In this document: in pieces, positions 21,503 to 30,644 of the stretch
How the letters are laid out: each line of letters begins with the position of its first letter
How positions within the stretch are numbered: the stretch's first letter is position 1
NCBI GenBank assembly: GCA_019058315.1
Contig: JAHPZH010000002.1
Coordinates: 1,069,910-1,133,909 of the forward strand
Source of the DNA: Candidatus Helarchaeota archaeon
Lineage (GTDB): Archaea; Asgardarchaeota; Lokiarchaeia; Helarchaeales; RDOG01
Length of the DNA: 64,000 nucleotides
Direction: 5' to 3'
Made by a program: the position numbers and the translations under genes
Notes under the pieces: generated by a model
Told to the model about the DNA's origin: nothing
The model's database searches: none
Seen by the model: only the letters and a program-made list of their open reading frames with translations

Positions 21503-22918
21503 TTAAACTATCGGAATCAAATTAATATTTGGATAATCTACTTCTAAAGCTAACGGATATTTAAAGTAAGGTTTTATTATTTCTAAAATAACACATCCAT
21601 CCATTCTTTCTAAGTTAAAATGATAATCACATTGATTTAACGAATATTGTAAAGCTTTTGAACCTTTTTTTATAAATAAAACATTTAAATTTCCCCCCAT
21701 ACGTGATACTTCTATGTTTTTCTCTTGAATTGGGATGTAGACATCAAGGGGATACTTGATTTCTAATGATCCAAGACTAGAAAAAAGTTGAATAATGTGT
21801 CCATCTGAAGAATTATCTATTAAATATCTTGCAGTTTCATTGTAAAGATTAATATCCAATTCTAAATTGCTACCATGAGTATATTTAATAAAAGGCTTTT
21901 CTATTTTAAAAAAATTATTTTCCTCTTTAAAAATTAAGACTTTTTTATTAAATACTTCTTCCGAGACTAATGGAACAAGATCATTAAAATATTTCATGGC
22001 ATATTCCTCCCCAGCTGGAGCTATTGTGCAAGTTCGCCCATGTTTCAGAAAATTTAGAATGGTTTGATAGACTAGAGTCTTTGGAAATATATCTGAAATC
22101 CCATCTCCTATCTCGAAAACGATAAAGGATCCCTTTCTATAACCCCCATTTAGAATATTATCTAATTGATGATTTCCTGTCGAGAAACAATCTCCAGAAT
22201 CTTCTATTTTTTGAAAACTACCCTGTTTAATTTTTGGATATAGGGGTTCGAAATTTCTGAATCTGCCGTTATTTAAAGTGAATATATATTCATGCTGAGC
22301 TACTTCTACGCCTCTAAGCTTTTCAATATGCATTTCTCGGATTCTTTTTTTTCGAGCCCTTTTTCCAAACCCTATACGTTTCAAAGTTATGATTCCATCC
22401 ACTATATAGTCTAAATAGGTTTCACTTTCTGTTTCCGTAACTAAAAATAATTTAATCTTCTTTTGTCGAACCATTTCACTTAGAAATGATTCTATTTTAC
22501 CCTCGATAATTGAGGATGATTGGGAATATTTAAGGAGTGTACTCCATGCGTCGATAACGACAAAGGGGTGTTCTAGATTTTTAGTTCTGTGATAGATGAC
22601 TTGTAAGAATTCAGGTAGATCTTTGAACCTAATAATTGATTCAAAGTATGTTTCTGTATCTGTTGAAATATAAGCTAGTTGAGTGATATCAAACATATTT
22701 TCTGGTTTAATTGCATCTTTTATCCAAGGAAACTGATGTTTTAAAGAAAGAGGGCTAACTCTAGTTGAGAAATATAGTGGATTTTCCGATCTAGAAAGTA
22801 ATTCCAAAACTAATGTAGTTTTACCAGAACCTGCTATACCTTTTACTAAAATCGAATACCCATAGGGTTTATTAATAGCCTCGACTAATTCTTTCGGAAT
22901 ATTATCCATACCTCTCAC
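21503..22918 (-). CDS. KaiC/RAD55-like ATPase, GvpD-type (active N-terminal domain, degenerate second domain)
   Basis: Walker A GIAGSGKT, VVIDAW, LDYIVDGII.L, IEKLRG; second RecA domain begins STGN..LD.IL.GG but lacks Walker A. Confidence 0.85.
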   Translation of the reverse strand: MRGMDNIPKELVEAINKPYGYSILVKGIAGSGKTTLVLELLSRSENPLYFSTRVSPLSLKHQFPWIKDAIKPENMFDITQLAYISTDTETYFESIIRFKDLPEFLQVIYHRTKNLEHPFVVIDAWSTLLKYSQSSSIIEGKIESFLSEMVRQKKIKLFLVTETESETYLDYIVDGIITLKRIGFGKRARKKRIREMHIEKLRGVEVAQHEYIFTLNNGRFRNFEPLYPKIKQGSFQKIEDSGDCFSTGNHQLDNILNGGYRKGSFIVFEIGDGISDIFPKTLVYQTILNFLKHGRTCTIAPAGEEYAMKYFNDLVPLVSEEVFNKKVLIFKEENNFFKIEKPFIKYTHGSNLELDINLYNETARYLIDNSSDGHIIQLFSSLGSLEIKYPLDVYIPIQEKNIEVSRMGGNLNVLFIKKGSKALQYSLNQCDYHFNLERMDGCVILEIIKPYFKYPLALEVDYPNINLIPIV

Positions 22919-23152
22919 ATCCGAATAGGAATTGAATATTAAATCACGAAAATTTTGTTAAAGAAAATTAAATAAAATAATTAATTTTTTATTAGTAGTT
23001 TTTAGACCTCGTTTTTTAATTTTTTCCATTGAAGTGTGTGATTCCGATCATACTATGAGATATTAGTTCTTTTTGAGGTTTTTTAAGAAAGCTTTTAATT
23101 TAATGAAATCTAATTAAATAATAAAGATTGACAAAATGAGGAACTTTATGCG

Positions 23153-23389
23153 ATGTTTCAAATAGAAGAAGCACCCACGGGCACCACTAAATGTGATTGG
23201 TGTGGGGAGCTTATTAAAAAAGGCACACTTAGACTAAGATTTGCCCCGCCAAAAGGTTACAATTATTATTGGCATCAAGATTGCGGGATAAAATATTTGG
23301 AAGGACTAAAAATTATGTTAAAAAATGGCGAAAAAGGTCATATTGGTCGAGAAGAAGCAGATAAAGCTCGGAAAGATGTGAGGTTATAA
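23153..23389 (+). CDS. Stand-alone PARP-type zinc finger protein
   Basis: EEAPTG..KCDWC..LIKKG.LRL...WHQDC matches the zf-PARP CxxC...HxxC pattern; SD GAGG upstream. Confidence 0.7.
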   Translation: MFQIEEAPTGTTKCDWCGELIKKGTLRLRFAPPKGYNYYWHQDCGIKYLEGLKIMLKNGEKGHIGREEADKARKDVRL

Positions 23390-23662
23390 ATTTACGGTTA
23401 TGTTAACCTTTACTCCTGCATAATAATCAAGTAAAAGAAAATCAATTAATACAGAAACGGAAATTTAATTATTTTAATTTATGTCGATGAATTTCTAAAA
23501 AAACCGACCTTTCAAGGCTTTTTAGTCCAAATCCCACTTAAACTTCATCAAAAATAAGAAATACATGAGAAATTTTTATATTTGGTATAAAATTTTGACT
23601 TTTTTTTAAATTTTTCCTAAATAAAAACAATTAAATATTAAAAAAAATATATAAAATCATAA

Positions 23663-23682
23663 TTTATATAAATCTTAAGATT
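23663..23682 (+). promoter_or_regulatory. TATA box followed by a perfect 12-bp palindrome (candidate operator)
   Basis: TTTATATA at 23663-23670 abuts AATCTTAAGATT at 23671-23682, upstream of the HTH gene. Confidence 0.4.
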
Positions 23683-23730
23683 ACTTTAATACTTGATGAT
23701 TAGTCTTATCCACAATAAGGAAATGGTTAT

Positions 23731-25404
23731 TTGGATGAAATAAGTTTTTCTTCTGCTTTGAAAAAAATGAAAAAGGTTCGTATTATTCGTTTAAAAAGCA
23801 TTTTATTTGAATTATACGGTTTTGAAATGAATAAATATGAAGTAGCAAAAATTGTGGGAGTTACACCCCAAGCCATTGGACCAGAAATCGATTTTTTGGA
23901 GAATGTCGATCTTCTTAAGAAAACAAGGGTGGAGAAACGCAGAGGTCTTCCATCTTTTTATTATACATTAAATATTGAATCATTAATTGATAGTCTAAAT
24001 CTAGATAGCGATGAAAAAGGTATTTTAAAAGAGGGGCTTATTCGTCTTCAGAATGCTTACCGGCAATTAAAAAACTTGGAAAAAGACAGAAAAATTTCTA
24101 AGATAGAAAGCAGTTTGTATGAAGGAATAGTTCCAAATGACTATAAAATGTTTAATCTACAATTTATTAGTTCCATTTTAATAATTGCTGCACTTCTTTT
24201 CGATTTTGGATTTTCAATGCTACCTGATTTTCTTAAAAATAACCAACAATTGTTTTTTATTCTGCAAAATTATTCCAATGAATTACGAGATAACCTAAAA
24301 ATTGATGATCTGGATATGAATAACTGGATTAATGAAAATATCAAATCAATTAGTAATATTTACCAAAAAATTTGGAATGAGTTGATGCAGGCGATAGTAT
24401 TAAAATCAATTATTCAAGAGCCAAGTATGAAAATTATGGATAAGTTTGAAGAGACTAAGGAAGAAGATTTGAAGGTTAAGGTCGAAAAATTTCGAAATTA
24501 CAAAAAACAAAAGATAAAATTTAACGAAATTATTACAGAAGAAACAAATATTAAAAATAAATGTGATCAGAATTTAAGATCGACCGTTAATACCTTACTA
24601 GGGATTCAAAAGAAAGTATTAAAGGATAAAATAATTGGAAATAAATTAGATACTATTTATAATAAACTTTCATCTTTATCAACTAAATTAAAATCAACTT
24701 CTCTAGGAATGACATCATTTGGTACAGAAACAGAAAAAATCGAAGCAGTTAATATTAAAATTGCAATTCTTAAAGCATTAAATGAAGAAGTCGATGAATT
24801 AAAAGACCATTTAGCAAATATGGACCAATCAATTGACTATGGAAATTATGATGAAGTTGAAATACAAATAAAATCACTTTTTTCAATCACCCGAAATTTG
24901 GATAAATTTCAAAATTGGTATATAGATCCAAAAGAATTTCTTGAAAAACCTGCTGAAAAAACTAAAATTGATAAAAATGAATTGGATAATAAGATTTTAG
25001 CTTTAGTAAATAAAAATAAGCGTAATAATATAATTTTATTAAACGATTTTATTGCAGAATTTAGTTCAGCATATCCAAATTTTAGAATTACAAAGAACCA
25101 AATCGTCAAAGGAATACAAAGATTAAGTCAAAAATCAATTTATCCTCAAATTGAATCAATCAAATTGGAGAAGAAAAAAGAAAAGGTTATACGTTTGGAT
25201 TCGACAGATAAGGACCAAATTGAAATACTTCAAATTGCTAACGCTACAAATGGTAGGGTAACAATAGAAGGTCTACAACTACAATTAGATTGGCCTGTCT
25301 ATCGTGCAAAAGTTGTTTTGGAAGATTTAGTTAGTAACAATAAATTACATTTTAAAAGTACACGATCAGAGGGTGATGTGTATTATATTCCAGGAGTGTT
25401 ATAA
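23731..25404 (+). CDS. HTH DNA-binding domain + coiled coil + C-terminal ESCRT-II Vps22/Vps36 (EAP30)-like tandem winged helices
   Basis: N-terminus: MNKYEVAKIVGVTPQAI...L..V.LL...RRG.P..YY (ArsR/TrmB-like). C-terminus: DQIEILQIA..NGRVT...LQLQLDW...RAKVVLEDLV.......EG..YYIPG, which resembles the SNF8/Vps22 C-terminus. Confidence 0.8.
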   Translation: MDEISFSSALKKMKKVRIIRLKSILFELYGFEMNKYEVAKIVGVTPQAIGPEIDFLENVDLLKKTRVEKRRGLPSFYYTLNIESLIDSLNLDSDEKGILKEGLIRLQNAYRQLKNLEKDRKISKIESSLYEGIVPNDYKMFNLQFISSILIIAALLFDFGFSMLPDFLKNNQQLFFILQNYSNELRDNLKIDDLDMNNWINENIKSISNIYQKIWNELMQAIVLKSIIQEPSMKIMDKFEETKEEDLKVKVEKFRNYKKQKIKFNEIITEETNIKNKCDQNLRSTVNTLLGIQKKVLKDKIIGNKLDTIYNKLSSLSTKLKSTSLGMTSFGTETEKIEAVNIKIAILKALNEEVDELKDHLANMDQSIDYGNYDEVEIQIKSLFSITRNLDKFQNWYIDPKEFLEKPAEKTKIDKNELDNKILALVNKNKRNNIILLNDFIAEFSSAYPNFRITKNQIVKGIQRLSQKSIYPQIESIKLEKKKEKVIRLDSTDKDQIEILQIANATNGRVTIEGLQLQLDWPVYRAKVVLEDLVSNNKLHFKSTRSEGDVYYIPGVL

Positions 25405-25407
25405 AAA

Positions 25408-26115
25408 ATGAGTGATATGATAACTTGGGATTATGCAACTAATAAAGGCATAGTATATAGATGCCCTGTAGATAAGAAACATAAAGGATTTATTGTAAAA
25501 CAAGGTTTTGAGCAAGCTCTATGGATACGTAATGGAATTTTATATGATACGATTTCTGGAATTTCCTATAAATTTAAGAAAGGTGAAAAAGAGGGCAGTG
25601 AAATAATCTATGTAAAACTTGGAGATATTAAGATTAATTGGGGAATTCCTAAAAATAATGGTATAATCACAGTCGATGGAATAAAAATAGGCGGTCATGG
25701 AGATGTTATCGTTAAAATTTTAAATCCTGCAGATTTCGTATTTAATCTTGCAGGCTCAGTAGGTCAAGAATTTGTGGAATCAGTCGAAAAAGAAATATTC
25801 ATAAAAGGAGAGAAAAATAAGGAAAAAGTTCTTCGTAAAAAAGTGCAAAAAGACGAAATTGATGTTAAAGATGCGAAACGGGCATTAGAAGCTTTTTTAT
25901 TTACAAAAACTGATTTAAAAAATTGGCTAGTCAATGTTATTCGTAGTTCTCTACGTGACAAACTTTCAAAATTAACATTAAATGAACTTCTAAAAGTTGA
26001 CATAAGTGAAGTTGAAAGAGATTTACGTATAAAAAATACAGATGTATTTCAAAGTTGGGGTTTGGAGCTTAAATCTTTTAGTATAATCGGATGGCAATTA
26101 CCAAATAATTTCTGA
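25408..26115 (+). CDS. SPFH/Band-7 domain protein (YdjI/virion-core type, no TM)
   Basis: IVKQ..QALW.RNG, IKINWG, G.HG...VKI.NP..FV.NL.G, F.SWGLELKSFSI. Confidence 0.8.
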   Translation: MSDMITWDYATNKGIVYRCPVDKKHKGFIVKQGFEQALWIRNGILYDTISGISYKFKKGEKEGSEIIYVKLGDIKINWGIPKNNGIITVDGIKIGGHGDVIVKILNPADFVFNLAGSVGQEFVESVEKEIFIKGEKNKEKVLRKKVQKDEIDVKDAKRALEAFLFTKTDLKNWLVNVIRSSLRDKLSKLTLNELLKVDISEVERDLRIKNTDVFQSWGLELKSFSIIGWQLPNNF

Positions 26116-26117
26116 CG

Positions 26118-28478
26118 ATGATTTATATGAGTAATAACCCAGAAATTAAATATGACGGAGTTCTTTATTATCTTCCATTATATGAAGATGAAATCGTAAG
26201 AAATATAGTCAGTGCGGATAAACGAGTCAAAAGACGTAAGGATCTTGATGGCTATATCATTTTAACAAATTACAGATTTATCTTCATGGAAAGGAAAAAA
26301 GATTTAGAATATCACCTTTCAAGCTTTTTCTATTATAAAGATATTGAAAATATTAGACTTGGTGGAGTTGTCAATAAATTTATACAAATTAATGGTGTTC
26401 TATTTCATCCAAAGGATGTTTCAGTAGATTACTTAAGAAGTTCAATTAATAAATTCACAATAGAAGCAAAAAAACAAATCTTTTCATTTGAGCCAATGCC
26501 AGAAGAAGAACCCTTTCCTGAAGTTGAAATCAGCGATAAAAATATGTTTAATAAAGTTACAAACCTCTTCATTTCGATTTTTTCAACAATAATTGGACTT
26601 TTTTTAGTATTAAACTCTGCTTTATCTTTTTATTTTGGACCACATGCTTATTTGCCATTTGTAACCTCTATATTAGGAGTCGTTTTCTCTTCAATTATAA
26701 TGGGTGTCATAAATCATGAGAATAATAAAGATAATTTTTCAGAGGAATATTTTGATTCGCTAAAAAACACACTTTACTTTTCTATTTTAAGTCTTACATT
26801 TACTAGTGTAGGTTTGGGGCTTGATGGTCACTATGGACTGGCATTCAATTTATTTAGTATTAGATACAACTCCGCTCTCCTGATATTCGTCGTTTATTTA
26901 ACAATTGGAGTTCTTCTAATGTTTAAAAATGGAATTAATTTCTCAAATTTATTTAACGAGCCAGAGAATCCATATAATGAATTTAATAATAGAATTTTTG
27001 AAGAATTTGAATCTGAGAAGTTTCAAAACCGATCAAAAATGATATTTATTGTTTTTATCACTTTAATTGCAATACAAATGTTAATTTTAATCCTTTACAA
27101 CTTATTTCCTGGTGGCGGTATATATTTGGTCTTTTCATGGACTTTCTCTCAAACCCCAGCTCCCTTGGATGTTAGAAGTATCATTCCTGGTAATAGCTAT
27201 TATCTATTTAATCCTCTATTTTCAGGTGCAACAATTGTCGTTGGAATTTTTGGATTAATTTTAACTGCAATTATTCAAGCTCGAAATATTGGATATTTAA
27301 GATATTATTCTCTAGATATTTACAACACACTAAAAAACCGAGTTAGAGACAAAACCAATAGAATGAAATTGTTAAAAGAAAGAATTTTAAATAAAACACA
27401 AAATATTCTTAAACAAATGCATGCAGCTGTTACAGGAGTTGCAGAAAAGTCTATCCCAATAACGGAACAAGAAAGACGAATACCTATTGAAGTAAATGAT
27501 CAGAAAAAAATTGAAAAAATACATGTCGTGCCAAATTCAACAAATTCGAACTCTTTAATAAATCAAGTATCTGTTCAAGATAAATCTACTGAAATTCCAA
27601 TTATGGTAACTAAAGAAGAAGAAATCCCAATACCCGAAATAAAAAAACAAGAGCTCGTAGAGAGGATTATCGGAAAAATTGAAGTAAAACGTGGGGGACT
27701 AATAAAAGGAAGTGAATATTTATATAAAGTAAAAGTGGAAAATTTGTCTAATTCAGTAATCACCGATTTAAGAATCATAATAACTTCATATCCCGATGAT
27801 AGCTTAAAAATTGTAGGTTCAGAATTGCAAAAAAGATCAAAATTAACTCCTGGTGAAATGGTTTCCCCGTCTTTTACATTTCGGCCTACTGAAGATTGTA
27901 TTGTCGGAAAAATTAATTCAATTGTAACGTATTTAGATGCAAGAGGTGAATCACAACAAATAAGCATAGAACCTCTTATTATACGCTTTATTTGCGGTCT
28001 TTTAACTCCCCTTCCCATTAAAGCAGAAGAATTTGATCAAATAGTCAAAAAATTATTAAATTATTCGAATGCTGGGGAAGAGCTCGAATTGCCTCATAGC
28101 GCAAAGAGTATTTATGAAAAAGCAAAAGTATTATTGCCACAAAATAACTTTTATCTTATTTCCGCGGAGGATCATGAGGTTGCTTCTAATTTTATTGGTA
28201 TATTAAAAGGATTTGCTGCAGGACAATATTCTCATAAAAAAGTGGGTACACAAATAACTGTTACAGGTAAAAAAAATGAGAATTTTTGTGCTGCTCGAAT
28301 AGATGGATATACAGAAGATGCATCCATGTTAACACCTCTAATTTCGGAGCTAAAAAATGATATAAGAAGCTGGAATTGTGAGCAATGTGGAGCGCAATTA
28401 AGTGATACTCAAATTAAGAAAATATTAGATGGTAAAATTGTTCGATGTAAATATTGTGATGAGATATTAAAAATATAA
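26118..28478 (+). CDS. PH/GRAM-like domain + ~6 TM + adaptin/COP appendage-like domain + zinc ribbon
   Basis: GYIILTNYRFIF (PH/GRAM); TM block at about aa 147-390; KVKVEN.S...ITDL...KLTPGE...VTYLD..G (Ig sandwich) then LLTPLPI..EEF (platform); CEQC...CKYC. Confidence 0.75.
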   Translation: MIYMSNNPEIKYDGVLYYLPLYEDEIVRNIVSADKRVKRRKDLDGYIILTNYRFIFMERKKDLEYHLSSFFYYKDIENIRLGGVVNKFIQINGVLFHPKDVSVDYLRSSINKFTIEAKKQIFSFEPMPEEEPFPEVEISDKNMFNKVTNLFISIFSTIIGLFLVLNSALSFYFGPHAYLPFVTSILGVVFSSIIMGVINHENNKDNFSEEYFDSLKNTLYFSILSLTFTSVGLGLDGHYGLAFNLFSIRYNSALLIFVVYLTIGVLLMFKNGINFSNLFNEPENPYNEFNNRIFEEFESEKFQNRSKMIFIVFITLIAIQMLILILYNLFPGGGIYLVFSWTFSQTPAPLDVRSIIPGNSYYLFNPLFSGATIVVGIFGLILTAIIQARNIGYLRYYSLDIYNTLKNRVRDKTNRMKLLKERILNKTQNILKQMHAAVTGVAEKSIPITEQERRIPIEVNDQKKIEKIHVVPNSTNSNSLINQVSVQDKSTEIPIMVTKEEEIPIPEIKKQELVERIIGKIEVKRGGLIKGSEYLYKVKVENLSNSVITDLRIIITSYPDDSLKIVGSELQKRSKLTPGEMVSPSFTFRPTEDCIVGKINSIVTYLDARGESQQISIEPLIIRFICGLLTPLPIKAEEFDQIVKKLLNYSNAGEELELPHSAKSIYEKAKVLLPQNNFYLISAEDHEVASNFIGILKGFAAGQYSHKKVGTQITVTGKKNENFCAARIDGYTEDASMLTPLISELKNDIRSWNCEQCGAQLSDTQIKKILDGKIVRCKYCDEILKI

Positions 28479-28485
28479 AAATTCT

Positions 28486-30414
28486 TTATACTGGTAAACT
28501 TAAAGGTTCATAATCCTCAATTTTTTTCTGCTTTTTTTTCGTTTTGGTTATTTTTTTAGCCCGTTTTGTTTTTTTGACCTTTTTTATTTTTTTCTTTTTA
28601 ATTTTTCCTGTCTTTTTCTTTTTTTTAGTCTTTTTACTTATTTTCTTTTTACTTTTTATGACTTTTTTTGCTTTTTTAACCTTTTTAACCTTTATTTTCT
28701 TTGGTTTAGGTTTTTCAAAAGTTTTTTCTACCTTTTTCCCAATCGGCTTCGGAATTGGTTCAATTTCTATAGGTTCTTCTATTTTTTCAACCTTTAGCTC
28801 TTTTACTTTTTTAATTTTTTTATTTTTTTTAGCTTTTTTCTTTTTGATCTTTTTTATTTTTTTTGCTTTTTTAGCTTTTTTAACCTTAATTTTCTTTGGT
28901 TTAGGTTTTTCAATAATTTTTTCTACCTTTTTCTCAATTGGTTTCGGGATTGGTTCAATTTCTATGGGTTCTTCTATTTTTTCAACCTTTAGCTCTTTTA
29001 CTTTTTTAATTTTTTTAGCTTTTTTCTTTTTGATCTTCTTTATTTTTTTTGCTTTTTTAGCTTTTTTAACCTTAATTTTCTTTGGTTTAGGTTTTTCAAT
29101 AATTTTTTCTACCTTTTTCTCAATTGGTTTCGGGATTGGTTCAATTTCTATGGGTTCTTCTATTTTTTCAACCTTTAGCTCTTTTACTTTTTTAATTTTT
29201 TTAGCTTTTTTACCCTTCTTTATCCTTTTTACCTTTGGTTTTTTGATTTTCCTTATTTTTTTAGCTTTTTTCTTTTTGATCTTCTTTATTTTTTTAGCTT
29301 TTTTAGCCTTTTTAGCTTTAATTTTCTTCGGTTTAGGTTTTTCAATAATTTTTTCTACCTTTTTCTCAATAGGTTTCGGGATTGGTTCAATTTCTATGGG
29401 TTCTTCTATTTTTTCAACCTTTAGCTCTTCTACTTTCTTGATCTTTTTTATCTTTTTTATTTTTGGCTTTTTACGTTTCTTTACCTTTTTAATTTTTTTC
29501 TTTTTAACTTTTTTAACCTTTTTCTTCTTTATTTTTTTAACTTTTTTTGGTTTTGGCTTTACTTTTTTTACCTTTTTAACTTTAACCTTCTTTAATTTAG
29601 GTTTCTTAATCTCAACTTCTATAGGTTCTTCCTCGATTTTAATAGGAGGTTTGATTACTTCAGGAGGTGTTATAACTGGTTTAGTTATAGATTTTGAAAT
29701 TGGTTTAGTAATAAGTTTGGTTATGGGTTTGCTTACAGGTTTGGTTATTGGTCTTGTTACGGGTTTGATATTTGGTTTGGTTATAGGTTTAGTTACAGGT
29801 TTAGTTATGGATTTTGTTACGGGTTTAATAATTGGTTTGGTTATAGGTTCAGTTATGGGTTTTATTACGGGTTTAATAATTGGTTTGGTTATGGGCTTGG
29901 TTACAGGTTTAGTTATGGGTTTAGCAATTATTTTTTCTTTTATAATTTGTGTTGGTTCTGTATCAATGGGTGAACTTAATATCTCCTCCTCAAATTCTGA
30001 TGGATGAGTTAATTCTTCTACAATTTTATGAATTGATGCTGTCATTTCTAATTCAAGCATACCTTCTTCTTCATCAGATACTGGTTCAACAGTAGTTGTT
30101 AATTTTGGTTCTACAGTAGTTGTAACTTCTGGTTCTACAGTAGTTGTAACTTCTGGTTCTATAGTAGTTGTAATTTCTGGTTCTACAGTAGTTATAGAAG
30201 GTTCTACTTTCAAAGGGTCTTTAACGATTTCTAAAGTTGGTAATGGAGTCAAGAAGAAAATAAATTTTTCAGGACAATAATTTTCATGAATATTTAGAAA
30301 TTCTCTTCTAATTTTTTTGAAGGTTTGAACCATTTCTAACCTATGTAAAGTATAATCCGATCGAAATGCAAAATCAGAACCCTTTACTTCTCTAAACTTT
30401 ATCTCTTCCTTCAT
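28486..30414 (-). CDS. Low-complexity protein with Thr/Pro repeats and a histone-H1-like Lys-rich repeat region
   Basis: 642-aa ORF; EPEVTTTV and KP(I/V)T repeats, then about 370 aa dominated by K/I/A/V/E/P. Confidence 0.8.
   Translation of the reverse strand: MKEEIKFREVKGSDFAFRSDYTLHRLEMVQTFKKIRREFLNIHENYCPEKFIFFLTPLPTLEIVKDPLKVEPSITTVEPEITTTIEPEVTTTVEPEVTTTVEPKLTTTVEPVSDEEEGMLELEMTASIHKIVEELTHPSEFEEEILSSPIDTEPTQIIKEKIIAKPITKPVTKPITKPIIKPVIKPITEPITKPIIKPVTKSITKPVTKPITKPNIKPVTRPITKPVSKPITKLITKPISKSITKPVITPPEVIKPPIKIEEEPIEVEIKKPKLKKVKVKKVKKVKPKPKKVKKIKKKKVKKVKKKKIKKVKKRKKPKIKKIKKIKKVEELKVEKIEEPIEIEPIPKPIEKKVEKIIEKPKPKKIKAKKAKKAKKIKKIKKKKAKKIRKIKKPKVKRIKKGKKAKKIKKVKELKVEKIEEPIEIEPIPKPIEKKVEKIIEKPKPKKIKVKKAKKAKKIKKIKKKKAKKIKKVKELKVEKIEEPIEIEPIPKPIEKKVEKIIEKPKPKKIKVKKAKKAKKIKKIKKKKAKKNKKIKKVKELKVEKIEEPIEIEPIPKPIGKKVEKTFEKPKPKKIKVKKVKKAKKVIKSKKKISKKTKKKKKTGKIKKKKIKKVKKTKRAKKITKTKKKQKKIEDYEPLSLPV
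28690..29440 (-). repeat. Four near-identical coding repeats (ELKVEKIEEPIEIEPIPKPIEKKVEKIIEKPKPKKIK plus K-rich spacer)
   Basis: cctttagctc recurs at 28791, 28986, 29172 and 29418 (periods 195, 186, 246 bp). Confidence 0.9.
29670..29925 (-). repeat. 12-bp-period coding repeat KP(I/V)T, about 20 copies
   Basis: Repeated ggtttagttat/ggtttggttat units; protein KPITKPVTKPIT... Confidence 0.85.
30080..30200 (-). repeat. 24-bp-period coding repeat EPEVTTTV, about 5 copies
   Basis: Repeated tagttgtaacttctggttcta units. Confidence 0.85.
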
Positions 30415-30644
30415 AACTATATTTGGTAAAGAAGAACTTCCATCAATTAAAAACTTCTCATCTCTTTTTTAATAAATTGATTTGTTATTAATACAGACTC
30501 GAAATTTTAAGTATGATATCTTTAATTTTTCTTTATAGATTAATTATAAAAATTATTCTTTGACAAAGAACATATAATCTCTATGGATATAGGAAATTAA
30601 ATAAAAATAGCATTCATTGAATAAAACAATTTTGAGGTTTTTTT

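Noticed and set aside
21503-22918. Gas vesicle or circadian clock system suggested by the GvpD/KaiC-like ATPase
   Set aside because: No gvpA or kaiB-like neighbours; such ATPases are widespread archaeal signalling proteins.
28544-30007. 487-aa Phe/Leu-rich plus-strand ORF that looks like a membrane protein
   Set aside because: It is the antisense shadow of the Lys-rich repeat gene (AAA read as TTT), and the repeats explain the lack of stops.
28690-30200. Repeats as a possible CRISPR array
   Set aside because: The periods are multiples of 3, the repeats are coding, there are no unique spacers and no cas genes.
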